DNA of 64,000 nucleotides from Raillietiella orientalis (lineage: Eukaryota), in the NCBI GenBank assembly GCA_036172245.1, contig JAYWIR010000047.1, forward strand, positions 496,001-560,000. The letters are read 5' to 3'. Below, one piece after another: positions 14,650 through 28,800 of the stretch (the stretch's first letter is position 1; each line of letters opens with the position of its first letter). The translations under genes and the position numbers were made by a program. The notes under the pieces were generated by a model. It had not been told where the DNA came from, did not search any database, and worked only from the letters and a program-made list of their open reading frames with translations.

Positions 14650-17500
14650 TTCCATTTCTACCAATCTATTGCATCAACTGCCAGACATCAACACATCTCT
14701 TGAATCGTTCCAGCTAAGTTTCTCTTGTTCGTTTCCTGAACATCTGGAAGAGCCCTTTTTTCTTAAGGTCCTGGATTTTCCAACGATACGAATGGGCACA
14801 GAAACTGGAGGAAACCACTCCATATTTAATCTCTCAAACATTAGAAATTTCAAAGACATTGGACATCCGAAGATGGCCGTAGAAAAATCACGATCCGAGA
14901 AATCCCGGATTTGAGAGGTTGATTCCCCTTCCGGAGAAGTGCGTGCACTCCAGCTCAGAAAGACGTAGTAATTCTTTATCGAGAAGCTCCGGATCAAGGG
15001 GAAGCCGTATCTTGCATTGGGTCTTGAAGCTACTTCCTGTTTACCAGGGGTCGCCTGAGATTCCCCAACGATTTTCTCCTATCTGTTGCCCGTACAAGGG
15101 GCGCCCCACCTCCTTCCCCTTCCCCAAGAAGCGACGCCGTGGATCGGATGGGCACGAGGTGCGCGACGTGGAGGAAGGAAGGAGAGTCTCCTTGCATCGC
15201 TGCTTGCGCACCTCCAGCCCTCGCCGCAGAGAGGCGCCCTGCAGCGAAAGTCGAGTCGCCGTCGTCGTCGCTGCCGCCTGCCCACCCAAGAAGACTCAGC
15301 GGCAGAGTCGGGGCAAGAACGGCTAAGAAGAGAGACCGGAGGTGGGGCAGGGCGGTGCCTCCCGTTCCGTAAAAAGTGCTGGGACAATGAACGACGGGGT
15401 GCCCGAGAACTTCGAGCCCCTCCTCTCACTGGTACGAAGGGGGAAAAAAAAAAAAATGGAGAGGAAGGTGGCGATGCTCTCCAGCATCCAGCGAGACCGT
15501 GACAGACACCGGGGGAGCACTTCGGGTGAGTACTAACTTCCAGCGAGTCTTCGGCGGGGCAACAAGGAGGAGGAAATCGTAGAGAATCCCCGCTAGCATT
15601 GACCTCAAAACTGAATACCTCTGGTCTGGAATTTATCCCTCGTGATCCTTCTGAATGGTAGTTTAGCGCCTCAATGATCCATAATTCAGCAGCAGCCAGC
15701 ATGCAACCCTTTTACAAAGGAAGGAAGCCGTGTGATATTCGAAAGGTTGCAGTGATGCCAAAGCCATTATCGGGGTGTCGCTTAATTCGTGCGGCACATG
15801 TGCTAGGATGAATCCTGAAAGCGGAAAAAGATGCTGAAGCTGCTTTCCCCCAAAACAAATATTTCGGATTGTTTTCATGAAGCGATTAATTTTTTCGTTG
15901 GTCAGGCAAATTAGGAAATCGCTGTCTTGTATCATTGAATATCTGCATTAGGATCGCTACATAAGTATGGATTTGTTAGATTGTAGCTTAGAGTTATTGA
16001 ATTCAAATCAGAAAAGGAAAATACAAGCATTCAATTGAATTCAGTTCAAATTGATGTTATGATTAGAAATATCAGTGTCTCTGGTATTCCTAATCATAAC
16101 AAACTTCGTACAGGCATTCAAGTTTGCGTAAGTTTTCAATCTATCAGAGGTCCAAAGAGTTTTTCGAATCTAGGTATGTGGAGTGATAATTTCCTAGCCA
16201 CCAGGTTGCCCGTTACCACGGCTACCAGCGATTGTTGTTTTGACACGTTCTGGTTCGTACGTTACTGAGTGATCAATCCAGCATTGCATTGAAATCTCGT
16301 TGGTGATTGCTTTAAATCTAAGCATTGGATCTGCGGTCTTTGGAGATGGAGCCCAAGTCAGGAAGGAAGATGACGGACTGGCTGGTGCAGAACAGAAACT
16401 GTTTGCTGGGTGTTGGAGGAATCGCACTCTTGCTCGCGGTAGGCTACCATCTGTGGAACCGCAAGGAGCCCAAGAAGTACCGCTTCGAAAGTGGCAAGAA
16501 ATACTAAAGAGAAAGCCAGGCATTCTCAAAGCACATTTTTCTTCTTCCAAACACTCTGTAGATATGGAACCATGGTAATTTGGAGGTAGGCGCACCCGCA
16601 CGGAAACTGAGACTTCGAAGCTGAAGAGCTTTGAAGTCTTGGAAGATTCAGTTTCTGGGCGGATGAAAAATGCAAGCATTGTACACCAGCTCACCAACCA
16701 CTCTGTTCTTCCAGAGTTCTGCATCCAAAATTGCAAGAATCACATGAAAAACTCACTCGAAAACAGGATGACTCAATGGGACGGGATGTTTGCATACCTT
16801 CGTCTCCGGAAACATCATTCGAATAAAATACTCTTTTACACTAGATGGAAACTCTTTTTACTTAACAAACATAACATCAAGCTTGAGACCAGGGATCTCA
16901 TCTCAAACATGATTACCAATTGTGAGCCTCTTCATCCTGGATCTTCTGTGTAAGATAACAAGACTGTGTGGAACCCCAAACCGAAATGGCATCGTCTATT
17001 TGGCAAAGAATAGTGCATGTGCTGATTGCAAAGCATACAACGCACTCCATGACCACACAAGACGACTCATGAACATGCTGAAAATATCAAAACATAATCA
17101 TTATACAATCTCACCGAAGAATGATCAACACATCATAGACACTCTTCACACTAAAGGATGACAGTACAATCTTTCGGAAGAGATGGAGCTGTAGCGAAAA
17201 ACGACAGTGTGCTGTGAATCCATTTCATGAAGAACTCCGAAAGGTTCACCTCCGGACTGCGGAACGAGAGTATGGTCAAGTTCTTCCCAGGGTTAGTAAA
17301 GCAACCATGCATGAGAACCTGTCTTCCCTAGGGATGGTGCTATTCCTGGCAGTATTCCACAGTGTTCACTGACCCTTTGAGGCTGAACGACCTCACATCA
17401 ACGAATCCTTTTTTTCCTACGACAGGTTTCTTGGCTGATGGCTTTTCCTTATTTAATTACAGTACTCACTCAAACGTTGCCTTTGACCGACGCACAGGAG
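14650..17500 (+). mobile_element. Heavily decayed L1/Tx1-like LINE relic (ORF1 remnant, then endonuclease start)
   Basis: Contains the 560-bp block shared with the ORF1-like relic at 37.3-38.7 kb. 'IRNISVSGI' (~16060) resembles an APE endonuclease N-terminus; the remaining motifs are weak. Confidence 0.35.
15047..15607 (+). repeat. Copy 1 of a ~560-bp inverted dispersed duplication (partner 37327-37888)
   Basis: Reverse complement of 37327-37888. ORF-track peptides are identical across the interior, the A13/T13 run length matches, and mismatches are confined to the edges. Confidence 0.95.
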
Positions 17501-19483
17501 GGATTTTTTTTTGCATGTTTGAAGCATAGTTTTTGGTTCTGCTTCTTACAATCAGTCCAGTTCTTCTCGGATTAAATAGACATGTATGCTGCAACAACCC
17601 GCCTTGTCTTTTGAATCTGATTACGACATGCCAACAGTGTTCCCCTGAAGTGCAGATTAAATTGTTCATCCAGTCTGTCCACCGTGGCATCACATTTTTA
17701 GGGGTTGAGGTTCCATGATCGTTCTTTGTCAGTCTTTATTAGACTATGAGGTGCTCAGCTACTGGTGGAAGCAAATTTACTAGGACCTCTTAATTAATTA
17801 TACCTTACTATGCTTCTGCTTCTTCTAGACAGTTCACTTCCACATCCATGCGACACACTTCACCAGACACAAAATTATGGCTAGCAAATGCCATCAAGCT
17901 TTACTCTCAAAATATTTGATAACAAACGGAGGTTTCTTTACTTACATTCAACTAAGCAAAAAGGCGGAATACCTTTATCAGGAATTCATCTTCCCGAATT
18001 GTCTCAAGTACTCATTTTGCATTGTACACTGTTCAAAACTGTGTGCAGTTGACTAAGATATGCCAGCGTGCTGGAGGCTGCTATAATTCAATTTCTACCA
18101 TTTGCTGAAGAATTAATTTAAAAGAAAAAATGAGAAAGCTAATAGGAGCACCAACGAGACGAATAGCAGGATTTAATTTGTTGTCAGCCCATGTAATTGA
18201 ACGATCGACATTGTACTAGGCTATCTAATGCATTTATTTCAAAGGAAAACTGAATTCATGTTTTGTATGGTTGGCTGTAGAACTAAAGCTTCCAATGCAC
18301 CTGAACATGATGAGAATATTAATATCTGGCACTCCACACAGAAGAGTTCTTTCTTACAATTGGAGGCGCAAGTCCATGCACCTATAATGAGGTACCCCGA
18401 GATGTTCCAGGCTGGAGGATACTGGATAAACAGGTATCGTATGGATCATCTGGAAACAACTGGATTTTTTTACCCTCATATTATGCGTGCATGTTATCCA
18501 ACAATTTCTATTGATTGAGTCCACAGCTGATTTCAGGTGTGTCAAGAGTCTGTAGCATCTCCCACATACAAAGTGCGGTAAAAAAGGTAAAAACACACAC
18601 ACACTCACACACACAATGATTTGAGTTTCGTAAAAGAAGAAGTATTTTGTTCCTTTGTCGTAGATCTTGTATTGTGCTAATGAAAGGTTTCAAAAATGTT
18701 TCGAATAATCTTGAATTCGTTCGCAGAAACTGAGTAAAGCAAAAACTGCTGCAAAAATCCCCGGAAACAACATAGTTCCAGGTAAAATCACGTCACTGTT
18801 CATTTCTAATTTCATTGAGAAAATTCTTAGTTTAACTAACTCATATTGGCATTTCTTCTGGGAATGGAAAGTGATTAAATATCCACTACTTGGGATTTTC
18901 CAGCAAAAAATCGTTATTTATAGCTACGGATACCGTTTCCTATTTTGACGAAACTGTACAAAATTATATAAAACCTTATAGAAATGTGTTTGCTTTTTTT
19001 TTTTATTTTGACGCCAGAGGTAATTTTTTTAAAAAGTTCAGTGGCATTGCATGCACTTGATTCTGTTTCTGTTTCTGCAAATGTATTATTATGTGTTTTT
19101 TTTTTAAATATCATGTTTTTAACCAGCAGGCGAAATTCCGTCACATTTTAAAATGAAAACATGATGGTGTTTCCTGGTCCAGTTTCCTAAAGTTTTTTTT
19201 CTTTTTTGCAAAAACTGCAGCTCGGGTCCGGTCCACCACTTTTGTGGCTGCCAGATGCGAGTTCAAAAACGGTGTGCAGGCGTTGTTGTTTTCAAAACTC
19301 CAAGAGACAACTGCACATGCATTGAATGTTTAGAATGTCATTGGAAAAAACAACAGTCCCAAAACAGAACCGATCGTGCACTTTCTGTACACTTTAGAAA
19401 CACACCTTAAGTTTCGGTCGATAAGGTGTTGCATGCATTGCAGAGGGAGAATCTTAATGCTGAGATGACTTCAGGCGGGAAAT

Positions 19484-19518
<35 letters not shown>

Positions 19519-20335
19519 GCATCCTCCTCGCCCTTTCTCTTCGCGAAATGATGCTTCTTCTCCAAGACTTCACAAAACCACCTAGCATCTTGGAAAAGAA
19601 GGGGAGGGGAGGGGGAAGGGGGAGGTGCATTTGCTGGAGTAATCGATGCCTGATGCTATAGGCAAGGGTGAGCATTCTTACGTGTGCAAAGGGGTACTCC
19701 TTTTATTGTGTGGTGTGCTCACTTTGGTTCTTCTCGGGGTACTTCCTATCGAGCTGAGAGAAACTGGTCGGATCCATCTTTCAAGAGATGAGGAAGTTGT
19801 GTCGAAACAGTTACACGTGCATCTGTAGCGTTGGTTGAGCGAAGCATTCGTTGGGGTCAGTTGGTTGTTTAAGACTAAATCTTCACTGCATTCTACGTGG
19901 TTTGTTAAACTTGAATATACATAAATTGATGTTCAAGGCTATAATGTAAGTGGGAAAAAAGTTTAACATAAGATCCTAAATTGTCCATGGATTCAGCTTG
20001 GTACTTGGTCACGTTTTTTTAACGTCCTTAAGCTAAAACGGATTTCTTTCGGGGGCACCAACGGAATAGAGCCTTTGCTTAAATGAACAGTCCCTTTTAT
20101 TTTTAGCTGAATTTGAACGCATGTATTTAGAGTTTTTTTTTTTATTATTTATACCAACCAATTTACTTCAGCAATCACCAAAGTGTGTTTTAGTTTTAAG
20201 GGTACTTTTGGTGAGGAGAATTTTCGTTATAAATGTGGGTTGCAAATTGCAAGAGATAACGAAAAAAAGATGATGCATCATTCAGTATTCTATTGAAAAT
20301 TCCATACACATCAAGTATTCCAACAGATAGATTGA

Positions 20336-21394
20336 ATGGCTGATAGTGATGAGATAACAGATGATGAAGATCCAAAGAATGTTGATTGCACTGATGATAT
20401 TTCTCACAAGTTTTATGAGTCACCATCTCTATCACTTCCATATTTCGACAGAGAATGCTTGCAAGCACATAAGGCAAGAAAACTAAAAGGGAAGAAAGGG
20501 AAGAAAAACACATTTCGGAGGGGAATTGAAATTTTCCATAAAATTGCTCAGATGTACAATGGAGGCAACAAGCAGGAACGAAAAGTCTTTTCAGAAAAGA
20601 AAGCAAAAATTCCAGACCAGAAATTTGGAAACATAAATTTGAAACAAATTGTATCAGTAATCCTCATAATAGTTGTTCCACTGATTGCCATTGTGGTTCT
20701 TACCCCAGAATTTCTTAAATATCCTAGAAATAAAAACAAGCTGATCAAAAAGGATGTGAACAAAATAGAAGTTATTAAGTCAAAACATCCAGACTTATGG
20801 AATTTTGCATGGGACCACCTACAAGCTGGCATGAAAACAGTTTTGCAAGATCACAGTTCACCTTCAGTGTTCAGTGTATTCAGCTTTCATGCACCTATGA
20901 ATTTGTCAGAAGCAAGAAGAGGCCCAGATAAAACCATGAAGTTGAAAACTCTTTTGCAAGATGTTCATTCATTTCTTTGTGATGTACAACAGACCAGAGA
21001 GAAGTGCTCAGAAATTTTGAAAGTGGTGACAACAGAACAGTCATTCCCAGATTATGCTAATCAGTTGAAAAGTGTGCCCTCAGAACTGATATCGATGATT
21101 ATTGTCGAACACATGGAGTCTGCCACAGGAAATATGCTTAGTTTGTGGCTTTCTCTTGCTGACCATGAAAATGCACCCCACAAAGATGTGTGCATCTTTT
21201 TGCTTTTCCATGTGGATGTACAATCCTGTCCAGCCTGTTATGCAAAAGATCTTTCTCAAATGCAAATTTATGAAAGGGAAAAACTGTTTAGCTCTATATT
21301 TAAGAACTTGCTAGCCAAAAAGCTATCTGAAGATAAAATAACAGCATTAATTTCCCGCATTGGAAATTATGTGTTGGCTATGAAGGCAGAATAA
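20336..21394 (+). CDS. Torsin-1A-interacting protein-like (LAP1/LULL1 family), single-pass membrane protein, 352 aa, intronless ORF
   Basis: Basic NLS-like N-terminus (KARKLKGKKGKK), one TM segment (IVSVILIIVVPLIAIVVL), then luminal motifs 'IVEHMES...ADHENAPHKDVCIFL' (cf. VVHHFES...CDHENAAFKDVALVL) and 'DKITALISRIGNYVL' (cf. DKLSGLWSRISHLVL, arginine finger). Confidence 0.85.
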   Translation: MADSDEITDDEDPKNVDCTDDISHKFYESPSLSLPYFDRECLQAHKARKLKGKKGKKNTFRRGIEIFHKIAQMYNGGNKQERKVFSEKKAKIPDQKFGNINLKQIVSVILIIVVPLIAIVVLTPEFLKYPRNKNKLIKKDVNKIEVIKSKHPDLWNFAWDHLQAGMKTVLQDHSSPSVFSVFSFHAPMNLSEARRGPDKTMKLKTLLQDVHSFLCDVQQTREKCSEILKVVTTEQSFPDYANQLKSVPSELISMIIVEHMESATGNMLSLWLSLADHENAPHKDVCIFLLFHVDVQSCPACYAKDLSQMQIYEREKLFSSIFKNLLAKKLSEDKITALISRIGNYVLAMKAE

Positions 21395-21422
21395 TCATGA
21401 GTGAGTAGCTGTCTTTCGTCTT

Positions 21423-23696
21423 TTACAAACGTTTATTCTTTTTACCTAGGATATTCATCAATTCTTTGGGCATGTAGTAAGGTTTTTGGAGGGAGCCATC
21501 ATTGGTATCCAAATCAATCACTGAAATACAATTAGGTGCTTTCATTTATAAGCAATTGCCTATGACTTACAAAAACAAAGGAATAGAGTGTCCACAGCCA
21601 TGTGATAAACACTGAGAAAACAGTGCACAATAAAAAATGTTCCTATTAATATACACACTAGGGGCACTATGTAGTTGGTAATATCTGCAGGCACAAAGGG
21701 CTGAACTTTAAAGGCAAGTACATAGTAAGCTGGCACTCCAACTGTTAGGAGAACATTAGCCGTCAAAAAAAAAAAGGCGAAATCGGTGACCTAATGAACT
21801 GTATGCTTGAGCATGTGCTATTCAACCAACCTTGTTCACAACAATGACACGCAGAAAGTTCCTGGCTAGAAGCTCTGCTGCATATTGTGCTGAACTGCAG
21901 AAACTGGTACCACGGATTGCACATACAATGTAGGCATTGCGGTTGATGTAACGTAGAAATTTTTCTAGGCAGTAAAAACAGCAACGGGTACAACAGCACA
22001 CACATAGTATTGCTTTTACTGCAACATTGTCTTTATACTTCTTGACTTTCCGGTTTAGGTATTCCAAAATAGCCCTTATGAAGGAAATGACGCCAATAAT
22101 CAAAGAACCATAACAAACTGTTCCCAAATGATAGCCAAGAGCACGCTTCATGCTGCTTGCAATTGGAAATGAGGGAATGTCCATTGGTTTGCGAAAAGCC
22201 CAATACCAGGATCCAAAGGCTCCTGCAAGAATCATCTGGCCTAGGGCTGAAGCAAATGCCAAGCTCCAAAACATGCCAAACAAATTGTAGAACTGCAGGC
22301 CTAGGTAGATGCCATTGTCATAGTGACTGAACTGGCATCCAGGAATCCCCAAGATACATGAATGACACAACTGGGCAAACTCATCTGGTTGACACAGCAG
22401 ACCATCTCTGTAACGTGCAGTGCATTCTGGGTTACAACCTTGACTACTGTTCAGACTCTGCACAGTGTAAATTGCATCTCCTGCTGATGCTAGCATCATC
22501 CCACAAAGAATGAAGAAGAACAAAGTAAACAGCTGCAACAGGGTAGGAAAAACGGGGAAAAAGAAGGATGCAGTAATATCTAAGACAGCTTTGCTACTTT
22601 GCTTGATGAGTGCTACAGCAATTTGGATGCGTTGTCTCAGAAATATGCAAAGCAACAACAGAATGATAGTGACCACAGCCAGCACAATCCCTAATATGAG
22701 CCATAAGGTGGACAAATTATGCTTAAGGATAAAAGAACTTTGGGGATGTGGCCAAAAATACTCTGCAATACTAAAATAAGAGCCAATGGCCATAGCAGTT
22801 AACACTAGAATTATGGATAACCATATGATGATTGCAGCAATCCATCTCATCAGACCGATCCATATCAGGGAAACAATTGCAGCCATAATCAGGCCTGCAA
22901 GAATCTGCTTCCATGTCTTCTGCAGATCAGCAAACACACGTATGGCAAAATCTTCAATCTCGAAGAAAGCTTGCATATAAGAGCTGCTTCTTTGAAGGTC
23001 TTCAACTGTAACATCATGTCCATGTTCATCTCTTAAGATGTTTCCTGGTGTAACCACAAGTTTATCTTCTGGATCAGCTGATTCAGGGAATGGGATGCAC
23101 CGACCAGCAACTAATCTACAGTTAATTAACCAAACAAAAGTTCCTTTACCATTCCTGCTGGGCAAGTACCAGCGAGCACACTGGCCACTCTCCACCAAAT
23201 ATTCAACCTGTTTTGCATCCACCACCCGCTGTGTCAAATCAACATGATACTGGCAAATTAACTGGCTTGATTGTAAGGCAGAGTGATAGGGAGGTCCAGC
23301 ATAAAAGCTGCTGCTAGGGCAGGATGGTAGACATACCTAGGACAACCACAAACAAGTGATCAAGAGAATTCGTAAAATACTTTGGTTGTGGAACATCCTT
23401 TGAAGGGAACATCTGGATGGCCACAGCGGATTAAATCAAAAAAAAATAAGTTGGGTTTGTCTTTGAGGTTTCCCTTTCCACATATGTTTCCTTGTGAGTC
23501 TGTTGGTAAAATGAGCCGATGCAAGTCACCATGGATATATCCTAAAACAACTGTGAATGTGATAAAAGTTAAACTACTTACCAATCGCAGTTATGGCAAT
23601 CCAACCTATAACAAAACAAATGAAAAAAACCAGACATATCACATCAGTACATGATCTTCTCTTAACTATGCCTGTAGATTGCTTGTCATAAGCCAT
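21423..23696 (-). CDS. Choline transporter-like protein (SLC44/CTL family), 6 exons, ~686 aa
   Basis: Exons 23696-23582, 23541-23381, 23336-23150, 23110-21831, 21790-21571, 21520-21423 total 2061 nt, in frame. Motifs: RRSCTD, PTDSQGNICG, VCLPSCP, AGRCIP, YHLGTVCYGS, CCFYCLEKFLRYINRNAYI, AVDTLFLCF, NDGS..KPYYM. The frame stays open upstream to ~23750, so the start is uncertain. Confidence 0.95.
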
Positions 23697-23929
23697 TATC
23701 AATTGCTGTGTGGTTTTATGCACAGAGGCAATAGAAATTTAGGATCATGCTATATTAGCCTAACTGAAAGCACTAACATGCACTGATTTTTCTATTTTTC
23801 GTTATTCTTTCCAATCCTTGTGATAAAACAATGCAGGTTTTAAGTCATGCGACTGCCCATAAAACATGTAGTGATTACAGAAGAGTGGGCATGTAATCAA
23901 GATCGCTTATCGCGACTTTGGGAAATCGG

Positions 23930-24900
23930 AAACCTCCCCCACGGTTAACACACTGTATACGGCTTACGTGACCGAGGGAGGAGGCTAACTTAATTTACCC
24001 GGACCGGGGGCGCAGCACGTAATCAGCAACAAAAACCTCAAAACAAACCCACGTGACACCAACACGGAGGTACGTCGGATCGCAATGGGCCCGCGAGGGA
24101 GCAGCGAACGCGGAACGGACGGCTTCCCAAGGAACCGTTCGCGGCGGGCAGCCGCCCGGCCGCCCGACTTTTGGCCCCTCGGAACGCCGTTGCTTTGTGC
24201 GACTTCCCACCGGACGCTTCCCGCCGAGATACCAACTGATGCGGGATGATCGGCCCCTCGGATCTACAGCTGATCTCTGCACCAGCCAGGCGCGAAAGGT
24301 TTCGAAAGCTCGCGGGTTTCTCCTTGCTGGGAGGCGGCGGTGCACGCAGGGTACGCAGGGAGTCTCCCTCGGACGCACCCCATCTGGGGTGCCCGCTGCT
24401 GCATCTGCAGGCGCTAGTGCCCCCTCCTTCCCCCCCAGCCCGGAAGCGACCCACCACCTCGGTTGAGGGCGGCTTGCTCCCGTCTGCATGGGGGGGGGGG
24501 GGGCACGCACGGAAACGAGAGTACGCTGCAGATAGCTTCGACGGTTTCACGGTCCAGCTGTAAAAACGATCGCGGAATCCTCAGGCGTTTGAGGATACAT
24601 CCGTTCCCTTGCCGACGCCGCGAGAAAAAAGCGAAGGCGGGCACTCTCCGTAGGTGGCTGTTGCAGGAGCACACGATCGCAGGCTCTTCGTACGTGAGGA
24701 AGGAAGCATGCAGGTCCCTCTGGTTGTTCGTTTCCCTTTTTTCGTGTGTACGCTTGTCATCTAGAAAGCTTACCGTACTTGAGCTTTGTGGATACGTACC
24801 AAGCGCCCTTGCAGAATGCACTTGTATTTGTCTGGACACAAACTGCCCTTTCAGTCTGCTTTTGCTTCGAATATCAGTGTTGCGTGATTTGTGACGTAAG
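23930..24900. promoter_or_regulatory. CpG/GC-rich island immediately upstream of the CTL gene
   Basis: Abrupt shift from AT-rich to CpG-rich sequence ~250 bp 5' of the CTL start. Could be a promoter or a TE end. Confidence 0.3.
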
Positions 24901-25899
24901 GCAGTTAATTATCAACTTCCTTTGTCGTTAACCGCTCCTGTTTGTCATTTCCTGATAAAGGGGTCGGCGATCTCTGGCAATTACTTAATTGCGAACTCAT
25001 CCTACTTTGCTTTAAACCCAAATTGCGATCTGCAAATCAGATCGATGCACAGAAATGTTCGATGAAGAGAAAAAGTAGCATCTCTGTGATCTCAGACGCT
25101 GTTACTTCGAAGAATGCTTTACGCACCTTCAGTAACGGGGTGGAAGGAGAAATGTTCTTCGACAGCTGCAAAATGTCCTGCGATTGTTTCGTCCTGCAAT
25201 CATCTACACATCCTGTGAAAAGCACTGTACATCGATGACTTTTGAAGGCATCCTGGGAAACTTCATGCAGTAGCGCTTTTGATGGATGGTGCGTCTCCCG
25301 TTGCCATCGACAGAAACGCAACGGGACACCCATCGTGAGTGGATCCGTCGTGTTCTACAGCCCACAAAATGCATTTCAGCACAGAGAATCCGAGCCTCAA
25401 AGGGGATTGCTTCAGAAAGAGCTGTTAGTGCTTGTGCATGGTGTTAACACCGGCATCTACTCCTATTCATGTAGGCAATGAAGGCACACATCAAACCGGA
25501 AATCGTTTAGCCATCAGTAAGCTACGGAGCGCTTCCTGAATCACTGATTATGACCACGGATGTTCTGTTTGCCTTCCAATTCGTCATCCGCCGTCTTTGT
25601 CTGGTGGATCCCACTGCTCACTTCGGGCACATCTTCGAGCTACTTCGTAGTCTCTGACTCGCGGCATTCGAAAACGCAGCCAGCTGACCTCTGTCGGAGC
25701 CACAACGTGCCTGTTAACTTTTGCCTGCTGTATGCAACCTGGAGTGTTCTCGCGCTGACGTCGCCTAGATTTTCTCGTCACACGTTTCCTAATCTAAACC
25801 CACCTGCCCATGCACAGCTTCATTGCCAACGAAAAGGAAGATTGCAATCCAGTGCCATTTCCTGGATGCTATCCTTGTCGGCACAAACGCATCTGATGC

Positions 25900-28800
25900 T
25901 TGCGTCCGCTCGCCGGATGAACTACTGCGCACATCTTTCACTTTCTTCCTGAGAGAAGCCTCCGGGTGAGGTGAGGAAAGGTGAGGAAACTTCGTCCACG
26001 TTGCTCATCTCTCCGGGATCAGATCACGTTTTCTTCTCTCGGCAGCCATAGCTGCTGTGAAGTCCCAGTATGTTTTTCGAATCTCATTCTGCAGCAATTC
26101 TTCTTCACCGATCTGGTCCTAGCGTAAACACTAAATCCATTTCTTTGGCTCGAAGTCCACCGCAAGGATAAAAAGAGACAAAAAAAATCTGTGGTGCCAC
26201 CTCTCTTTCTTTGCACTCCCCACCAATCCCCTGCTCGTCTCTTGATTTGTATGCAGCTTGGATCCCAGAGTTTTGGTAGGTGGTCTAAACTCAAGTTTCT
26301 TTTTTCGGCATGCCCTCTTGCTATTACTCATCTTTTCTCCTTACTGGGACTACTGAGGAGCATCGACGTGAGCACATTGGTGCATCTCCGATTATTCTGC
26401 TTCTTGATCTTCCTGATTCCTTCCTGGGTTTGAAGATGTTCGAAATGTATCCTTCAGAAGCCCATCCTATAACCTCATAGCACCTTTTTTTTGCATCCCT
26501 CCAGACTTCGTATTTGGCGTTCCACGGTCTCTCTTCAGATCTCACTCCAAGGAAGCATGGCAAGGTGGTTGTCATCAGCGATTACGAAGTGGAATAAAAC
26601 AGACTATGGAACGTCGCCTGGAAATGCAAGGCGCTGCTGCACTCCCGGAACATAAAGGCTGCTCTGAACTTTCGGAAATGCCTCGGAAGCGCAGGAATAC
26701 AAGAATGGGAGCTATTTCGTAGTGGATGGGTGGGGATCCACTGGGCAAATTGAGGCGACCATTGCCCTCTACCTTCATCATCGAAACAAAGGGCGCTTCT
26801 CTGGAGGCCTGGACGGTGGTGGACGGCCATAAGATGGACGGACTCTTGTGGTTTCCTCCACGGCTGCTTGGGGATACTGTGGGCCGCGTCACGCAGCGCA
26901 GCTCACCTTAGATCTGACATCACCTTCGACCACTTGGCACGATGGCCTAAGAACGAGAAGTCAGCTCCTGATGGACGCAGTCTGCCCGTGCCTCTCTACA
27001 CTGCTTCTCTCTGAGCCACATTCCAGAGATGGTGCCTAGAGGATCGCATGGATACAAGGCTTCCATGTCTGGTTCTCTCCGCCTCCTCGATACCTTGTCC
27101 ACTGAGTCCTCTGAAGAACCCTCGGAGTATCCAGAGAGATTCGAAATATATCAGAGCACCAAGACCTGAGTGAGGAGCCATGGTTTAGCTTTTCTGTCCG
27201 TAACCCATGGCACCCGCTTCCCAGGAGGCTGTTGACGTCACTCTGTATGTTTTTTGGGTTTCCCTGTTCTGTACTTACCGAACAACTGCTGTTGGTCAAA
27301 ATACCTTGCCAGGGCGAAACACACACACAAAAAAAAAGGGTCCACCAGGCAGGGTACCTTTTCCAGGCCACAATTTCCCTACGATCAGGAGCTATTCCTA
27401 TAGGGAAAGATCGAACTGTGTCATCGCAGGACCGGATCTAGGGGACTTCTCGTTGTTTTCAGGGATACCCTAGCCCCCAGGGCGCCAACTCTCTTGGTAT
27501 TGAGTGATCGGCGGGCTCAGGCAAACGAAGTTGTTCCCACCAAGCAGGCATGAAGCGGGTGTTCTTCCGATGTTCCCAATCCAGATTGCCGGGCGTTCCA
27601 ACACCGCCTTTCGAGCCGTTGCGCTGCCGACTCAGTTTATCGACAAGCACTTAACATCAGGTAGGAAGTGAACTTCGCTGTGGGGCCGGTCCAATCAGGG
27701 AAGCGTCCAAGGGGGAAGGATGGTTCTTATGATCAAGAGGATGAGGACAAGAGATGAATAAAATAAGTAAAATACACGCATGAGTGATGAGGGAACAGGA
27801 AGGAGGGTAACCAGAGGATTGAGCGCAAACCAGTTCTGGTACTACGGATTGTTCACTCCAAGAGGGCGATGTCTTACTACCCGCAGAATCGAGTTGAAGG
27901 TCGCTGCACCATGGCAGCGTCGAGGATAGTCCATGGTCCTCCTATCCAGCTGACACTTTTTCCATATCGAGAGTGCAACTACCATGCCGCTGCAAAAGCA
28001 GAGCAATGTCGCGTCTCTTGAGGGCACTGGGAGAGTCCTTGGGAAAAAGGCGAACCGCTTAGTGAGGTTCAAGGGGATGGCGGAGATCAGGTCATTCGAA
28101 AGGGTTGCAACTCCGATTATTCTGCACCTCCCCCCCACTCTTGCTGGAGTGCGGTCCTTCCCTCCTCCCATACCGATGGAGGGGCCGCATTCCAGTAAGC
28201 GCTACGGGATTGCCCCGATCACACTCCAACGTAACACAGTTTCGGGACATCGAGCACAGAGTTGGTACAGGAGTCAGGATCTGTCACTACTTCCTGTTCT
28301 CCTCTCCGGCTAAGATTTTCGAGCCAACTGGACCTCATCCAAGGATATCCTCATGTCCTGTATCAAAGAAGAGAACATCCCATCTCGAGCGCCGTCAAGC
28401 ATATTCAGCAGCGCAGCAGTGGTCCTGGTCCTGCTCTCATCCGCTTCCGTCGAATTCGTGGATCGAGAATGGAGAGTCACGGTCCGGCTCCAGATGCGGA
28501 TAGTCTCCATTGTTTCTCTGTAGACCTATCAGGAGTCGCACCGACCCAGCGTGAGTGGGAGCGATTCGGGAATGACCCCAGTTTGCTGCCAGAGGATTTT
28601 CCCTCTTCTTCTTCCAGAATGCTCGCAGCGGTATTCTGGTTGTGCTTACCACTTTTCCACAAGGCTGAATTTGTGATTCCGCTTCCTCTGTCTTTGACAT
28701 CTCCCTCCCTTCCATAGTGGACTCTGAGAGTCCGAAGGTAGTGGCGGACACAGGGAAGTGGATTCTTTGGTGCACCTACGAGGCTGTTGGTTTCGAACTC

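Noticed and set aside
23900..24000. Resemblance to the U2 snRNA 5' end (ATCGCTT...) and to a spliced-leader-like TTAATTTACCC
   Set aside because: Matches stop after 7-10 nt and the rest of either RNA is absent.
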